Of a stretch of DNA of 64,000 nucleotides, positions 59,981 to 64,000 are shown piece by piece. The notes below the pieces were generated by a model. It was not told where the DNA came from. It did not search any database and was given only the letters and a program-made list of their open reading frames with translations. Source of the DNA: Acidobacteriota bacterium (GTDB lineage: Bacteria; Acidobacteriota; Vicinamibacteria; Vicinamibacterales; UBA823); the NCBI GenBank assembly GCA_002730525.1, contig PCAK01000005.1:1280-65279 (forward strand). The letters run 5' to 3'. Each line of letters begins with the position of its first letter. Position 1 is the first letter of the stretch. The translations under genes and the position numbers were made by a program.

Positions 59981-62194
59981 ATGAGACCGGCGGCACGTAC
60001 CAGCGGGGTCGTCGCCTCCAACCTCGCGATCTCGGCCGTCATAGGGGTCGCGTCAGCCCTCGGCCAGCCTGCCACTGAACTCCGACTGCCCACGGGGCTC
60101 TTCCTCGAAGCGACGCAGCGTCTGGAAGAGGGTGACCATGTTGCGGCGCTCGCCGCACTCGACCGTTCGGTCGTGGCCCGGTCCGAAGAGCCCGTGGCGG
60201 CCCAACTCCTGCGGGCCCAAATCCACAGCGACACCGGCCGGATCGCCGAGAGCGAATCGCTCTGGCTGGCGGTCGCCGACACGGAGCCCAGCCTCCGGCG
60301 GTTCGCCCTCGCCAGGCTCGTTGATGCGACGGTGGCGCGCGGCGCGGCCGACATGGCCGACACCCATCTGACCGCACTGACCGACGGGCGCGCTGGACGG
60401 GACGACCTGCCGCGCCTGTTGGCCGTGGCGGACACGCTCCGCGACGCCGGTCGGGTCGATCGCGCAGGGGTCAGATACCGGCAAGTCCTCGGCTTCGAAC
60501 GCCGGGGCACGACGGCGGACCGGGCCAGGTTGGGCCTCGCCGCGGTTCACGAAGCTGCCGGGGAGGTAGACCGCGCGCTCGCGCTGCATCGCGACACCCA
60601 ACTGCAGTTTCGATCGTCCGCGGCATTCGTCACGGCGCGCGCCGCCGAGGACCGGCTCGACCCGAGGCGATCCCTGGCGCCGCTCACGGCCGATCACTAC
60701 GCCGACTTGAGCCAGCGGCTCCGGCGGAGTGCGCGGTATCGAACGGCCCTCGAATTGCTCGACGAGTGGGCGGAGGTCCATTCGGGCTCGACCGACCCGA
60801 GCGAGATTGACCTCGAACGGGTCGAGACGCTGTACGCGATGCGGTCGAACGACGCGGCGATCGCAGCCTGCACGGCGTTCGCGAGCCACTACCCGTCACA
60901 CCGCCAGTTGCCGCGGGTCCGGCTCGTCCGGTTCCGCCTCGCCGTGAGGCTCGGCCGCACCGAGGAGGTGCGGGCGCTCGGGGGCGATCTCTGGCAGGGC
61001 CGCGTGCCGGGAGCTCCGCTCAGCATCCGGCGCGACACGGGGACACTCCTGGCGGCCTATCTCGTCGCGGTCGGACGCGTCGACGAGGGGCTCGACGTCT
61101 ATCGTGAACTCTTCAGGATCACCCAGTCCGCGGGTGACCAGCGCACCGTCCTCTGGCGCGCCGGCGTCGCCGCGCTGCAGGCCGGACAACTCGAACGCGC
61201 CGCCACGAACCTCCGGAGCCTGGTGCGCCGGGGCCCGACCGGTGAACTGGCACCCGCAGCGCTCTACTGGTTGGCCGTCGCGGAGCAGCGGCTCGGGCGG
61301 ACAGACGCGGCGCTCGACGCGCTCCGTTCGCTGACCACGCGCTTCACCTATCACTACTACGGGGTCCGCGGCGCCGAGCGGCTCGCCGACGCCTCTCTCA
61401 CCGGGGACGGCACCGCACAGCGCCGCGACCGCTCGACGTTCCCGACGCTCAGCCTCACGGACGGCAGCCGTCGAGCGCCAGAACTGGCCGCGGCCACGGC
61501 GCTGGCGCGCGCCGGGCTCGCCCGCGACGCCGCCGACCTGCTCTGGGATCTGCTCGAGCGCCATTCGCGCGATCAGGGGCTGGCGCTGCTGACAGCCCGA
61601 GCCCTGGCCACGTCGGGCGATTACGGCCGCGCGTCGCGCGTCGTTGCGAATCACTTCGGTGAATTTCTCCGGCGGCCAGCCGACGCGATGCCCGATGACT
61701 TCTGGCAACTGGTGTACCCACGGCCGTTCCGCCCGGATGTCGAGGCTGCCGCCGCGGCGAACGACCTCGATCCGCTGGTGCTCTACGCGATCATGCGTCA
61801 GGAATCACGCTTCGACCCGCGCGCGCGCTCGGCCGTCGGCGCGCTCGGGCTGTTTCAGATCATGCCCTACACGGCCGCGGCGCTCGGCCCGCGCGTCGGC
61901 GTCGGCGACGTGAGCGACGACGAGGCCGCGATGCTCGAGCCGCGGGTCAACGCCGCCATCGGCGCCCGGCTGGCCGGCACACTGCTGGGAATGTTCGACG
62001 GCCAGCTCGCGCCGGTTGCTGCATCGTACAACGCCGGCGAGGACCTCGCCGAGGTCTGGTGGCGCGCCGCCGACGGGCTGCGCGAGGACTACTTCGTCGA
62101 CGCCATCCCCTATAGCGAGACGCGCCGCTTCGTCCGTGAGGTCTTGACGAACTACGACTCCTACCGGCGCCTGTACGCTGCGGGCCGCGAGTAG
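59981..62194 (+). CDS. TPR-containing soluble lytic transglycosylase (Slt70-like)
   Basis: IMRQESRF (catalytic Glu), GALGLFQIMP, SYNAG, IPYSETRRFV; TPR-like helices. Confidence 0.9.
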   Translation: MRPAARTSGVVASNLAISAVIGVASALGQPATELRLPTGLFLEATQRLEEGDHVAALAALDRSVVARSEEPVAAQLLRAQIHSDTGRIAESESLWLAVADTEPSLRRFALARLVDATVARGAADMADTHLTALTDGRAGRDDLPRLLAVADTLRDAGRVDRAGVRYRQVLGFERRGTTADRARLGLAAVHEAAGEVDRALALHRDTQLQFRSSAAFVTARAAEDRLDPRRSLAPLTADHYADLSQRLRRSARYRTALELLDEWAEVHSGSTDPSEIDLERVETLYAMRSNDAAIAACTAFASHYPSHRQLPRVRLVRFRLAVRLGRTEEVRALGGDLWQGRVPGAPLSIRRDTGTLLAAYLVAVGRVDEGLDVYRELFRITQSAGDQRTVLWRAGVAALQAGQLERAATNLRSLVRRGPTGELAPAALYWLAVAEQRLGRTDAALDALRSLTTRFTYHYYGVRGAERLADASLTGDGTAQRRDRSTFPTLSLTDGSRRAPELAAATALARAGLARDAADLLWDLLERHSRDQGLALLTARALATSGDYGRASRVVANHFGEFLRRPADAMPDDFWQLVYPRPFRPDVEAAAAANDLDPLVLYAIMRQESRFDPRARSAVGALGLFQIMPYTAAALGPRVGVGDVSDDEAAMLEPRVNAAIGARLAGTLLGMFDGQLAPVAASYNAGEDLAEVWWRAADGLREDYFVDAIPYSETRRFVREVLTNYDSYRRLYAAGRE

Positions 62195-62267
62195 ATCTGG
62201 GCGGTTGCCCTTGAGCCGGCCCGGCGCCACCATCTCCACCATCGTCAGAACGTTGGGAGGACCCACC

Positions 62268-63089
62268 ATGCGTTGCTGCCTGCTCGCGTCCGCCATCGCC
62301 GCGTCCGTGCTGCTCGGACCGCCTGCATTGGCGCAGTCGCCCGCCGATCTCCCCCGCGATGCCCAGGAAGCATTCCTGCGCACGGCCGAGATCGTCTCGT
62401 CCCAGCGGTCGAGCACCGGGATCACTGTTCCGACGAACGCGGTGCTCTCTGACGGCACGCTGACCCACCGCGCTCAGATTCAGGACGTGGACATCTTCGA
62501 GCGCGAATTCAAGACGGTCACGGGCACCGAGATCAACTTCCGCGACAGCTACAAGTACAACATCGCGGCGTATCTGCTCGATAAGCACCTGGACCTCAGG
62601 ATGGTGCCGGTCTCGGTCTCCCACCGGGTCGGGAGCCGGACGGCCGCGGTGACCTGGTGGGTCGACACCGTGATGATGAACGAACTCGACCGCGTCGAAC
62701 AGCAGCAGCGCTCGGCCGATCCCCGCGGTTGGGCAAGCCAGATGTACGTCGTGCGGGTCTTCGACCAGCTCATCGACAATATCGACCGCAACGGCGGCAA
62801 CCTCCTGATCACCGACGACTGGACGATCTCGATGATCGACCACACGCGCGCCTTCCGCACGCGGAAATCACTGCGCACGCCCGACAACCTCGAGTGGTGC
62901 GAGCGGCAACTCCTCGCCAAGCTCCGGGTGCTCGACGAAGGCACGCTCACGTCGCTCCTGGGCGAGCAGCTCTCGGGAACGGAGATCGAGGGTGTCGCCG
63001 CGCGTGCGGCGCTCATCGTCGAGCACTTCGACGCGCGGATCGCCGACCTCGGCGAGGGCGCGGTTCTCTACGACCTGCCGCCCCGCTGA
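62268..63089 (+). CDS. Secreted protein with PI3K/PI4K/HipA-like kinase motifs
   Basis: GGAGG RBS, signal peptide, YNIAAYLLD..L..VP, FDQLIDNIDRNGGNLL, MIDHTRAF. Confidence 0.7.
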   Translation: MRCCLLASAIAASVLLGPPALAQSPADLPRDAQEAFLRTAEIVSSQRSSTGITVPTNAVLSDGTLTHRAQIQDVDIFEREFKTVTGTEINFRDSYKYNIAAYLLDKHLDLRMVPVSVSHRVGSRTAAVTWWVDTVMMNELDRVEQQQRSADPRGWASQMYVVRVFDQLIDNIDRNGGNLLITDDWTISMIDHTRAFRTRKSLRTPDNLEWCERQLLAKLRVLDEGTLTSLLGEQLSGTEIEGVAARAALIVEHFDARIADLGEGAVLYDLPPR

Positions 63090-63135
63090 TGGGTGGCGGC
63101 TCCCGTTCATCGATTCATCTCGGAGGTCATCAATC

Positions 63136-63924
63136 GTGGAACTCGGACTCAAAGGGAAACGCGCGCTGGTGTGCGCCGCGAGCCGCGGTCTCGGCTACGC
63201 CTGCGCGGTGGGATTGGCCAAGGAAGGTTGCGACGTCGTCATCGCCAGCCGGGATCAGACGCGGATCGACGAGGCCGCTGCCCGGATCCGACGGGAGACC
63301 GGCGCCCGTGTCCATGCCGTGGCGGCCGACGTCAGGGACGCCGCCGCCGCCGATCGGCTCGTCCAAGCGTCGATCGACGAGTTTGGCGGCCTCGAGATCG
63401 CCATCCACAACGCAGGCGGCCCACCGCCCGGCGGGTTCAGCGACGTCGACGAGAGCAAGTGGGCCCTGGCCTTCCAGTTGAGCTTGATGAGCTTCGTGCG
63501 CGTCGCCCGCGCGGTCGTGCCGCCGATGCGGCAGGCCGGCTACGGCCGCGTGATTGCGATCACGTCGTCCTCGATCCGGCAGCCGATCCCGAATCTGGTA
63601 CTGTCGAATGCGATGCGAATGGGGGTGCTGGGGACGGCGAAGACGCTCTCGAAGGAACTCGCCCGCGAGAACATCCTCGTCAACGTGATCGCGCCGGGAA
63701 GGGTCTACACCGAGCGGATCGACGAACTGGATCGTGTGGACGCCGAACGCCAGGGCACGACCCTCGAGAAGATCCGCAGGGAGTCGGTCGCCACGATTCC
63801 GATGGGCCGGCTGGGCCGGCCGGAGGAACTGGCCAACCTGGCGGTCTTCCTCGCCTCGGAAGCCGCGAGCTATATCGCAGGCACCGCCATCCAGGTCGAC
63901 GGCGGCATGCTGAGCGCCTATTGA
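63136..63924 (+). CDS. SDR-family oxidoreductase
   Basis: AASRGLG, HNAGGP, SNAMR (non-canonical catalytic motif), GRLGRPEE, VDGG. Confidence 0.9.
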   Translation: MELGLKGKRALVCAASRGLGYACAVGLAKEGCDVVIASRDQTRIDEAAARIRRETGARVHAVAADVRDAAAADRLVQASIDEFGGLEIAIHNAGGPPPGGFSDVDESKWALAFQLSLMSFVRVARAVVPPMRQAGYGRVIAITSSSIRQPIPNLVLSNAMRMGVLGTAKTLSKELARENILVNVIAPGRVYTERIDELDRVDAERQGTTLEKIRRESVATIPMGRLGRPEELANLAVFLASEAASYIAGTAIQVDGGMLSAY

Positions 63925-63928
63925 GGAA

Positions 63929-64000
63929 GATCAGAGCGCGCACGGCGCGCTCCGCGGCGCCCGGTGTGGGGCTCTCGGGGTCCCCGCGGAGGGCGCCGCG
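63929..64000 (+). repeat. Structured intergenic repeat, copy 2 (runs off the window)
   Basis: Aligns with the reverse complement of 34786-34882. Confidence 0.75.

Noticed and set aside
1..64000. Many long overlapping ORFs (e.g. 25264-27681 -, 30338-32179 -, 2761-4485 +, 21200-22666 +)
   Set aside because: Antisense or alternate-frame shadows of well-supported genes, expected in high-GC DNA; Arg/Gly/Pro-rich with no motifs
1..64000. CRISPR array, tRNA, rRNA, integrase or intact transposase
   Set aside because: No regularly spaced repeats, cloverleaf or recognisable motifs seen by eye

Overview
High-GC bacterial chromosomal segment. The gene-family mix points to Acidobacteriota, probably Vicinamibacterales (inference): ADOP-type ABC permease, Hanks kinase with PD40 tail, carboxypeptidase-domain TonB receptor, VPS10/BNR hydrolase, PEGA and DinB proteins. 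About 50 genes: pyruvate carboxylase with a tripartite tricarboxylate transporter, a stand-alone reductive-dehalogenase-family protein, many peptidases (M20 x2, M13, M19, M4, M23, M24-like), larE, xylBA, SSS symporter-cutC, GH172, FucI-like isomerase-araB, lacD and a TPR lytic transglycosylase. No rRNA, tRNA, CRISPR array or intact transposase was recognised. Highlights: (1) two signal-peptide-bearing proteins with atypical (PI3K/HipA/CotH-like) kinase motifs, one coupled to an Omp85/BamA-type barrel, a candidate undescribed extracytoplasmic kinase system; (2) a 162-bp MITE inserted in frame into a TonB receptor signal peptide, supplying a new start codon; (3) a dispersed ~100-nt repeat with compensatory stem changes; (4) a possible D-arabinan route; (5) decay (four 1-nt deletions, three genes with large internal deletions) confined to surface and signalling genes while metabolic genes are intact. 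All product calls are from motif recognition by eye, not database searches.
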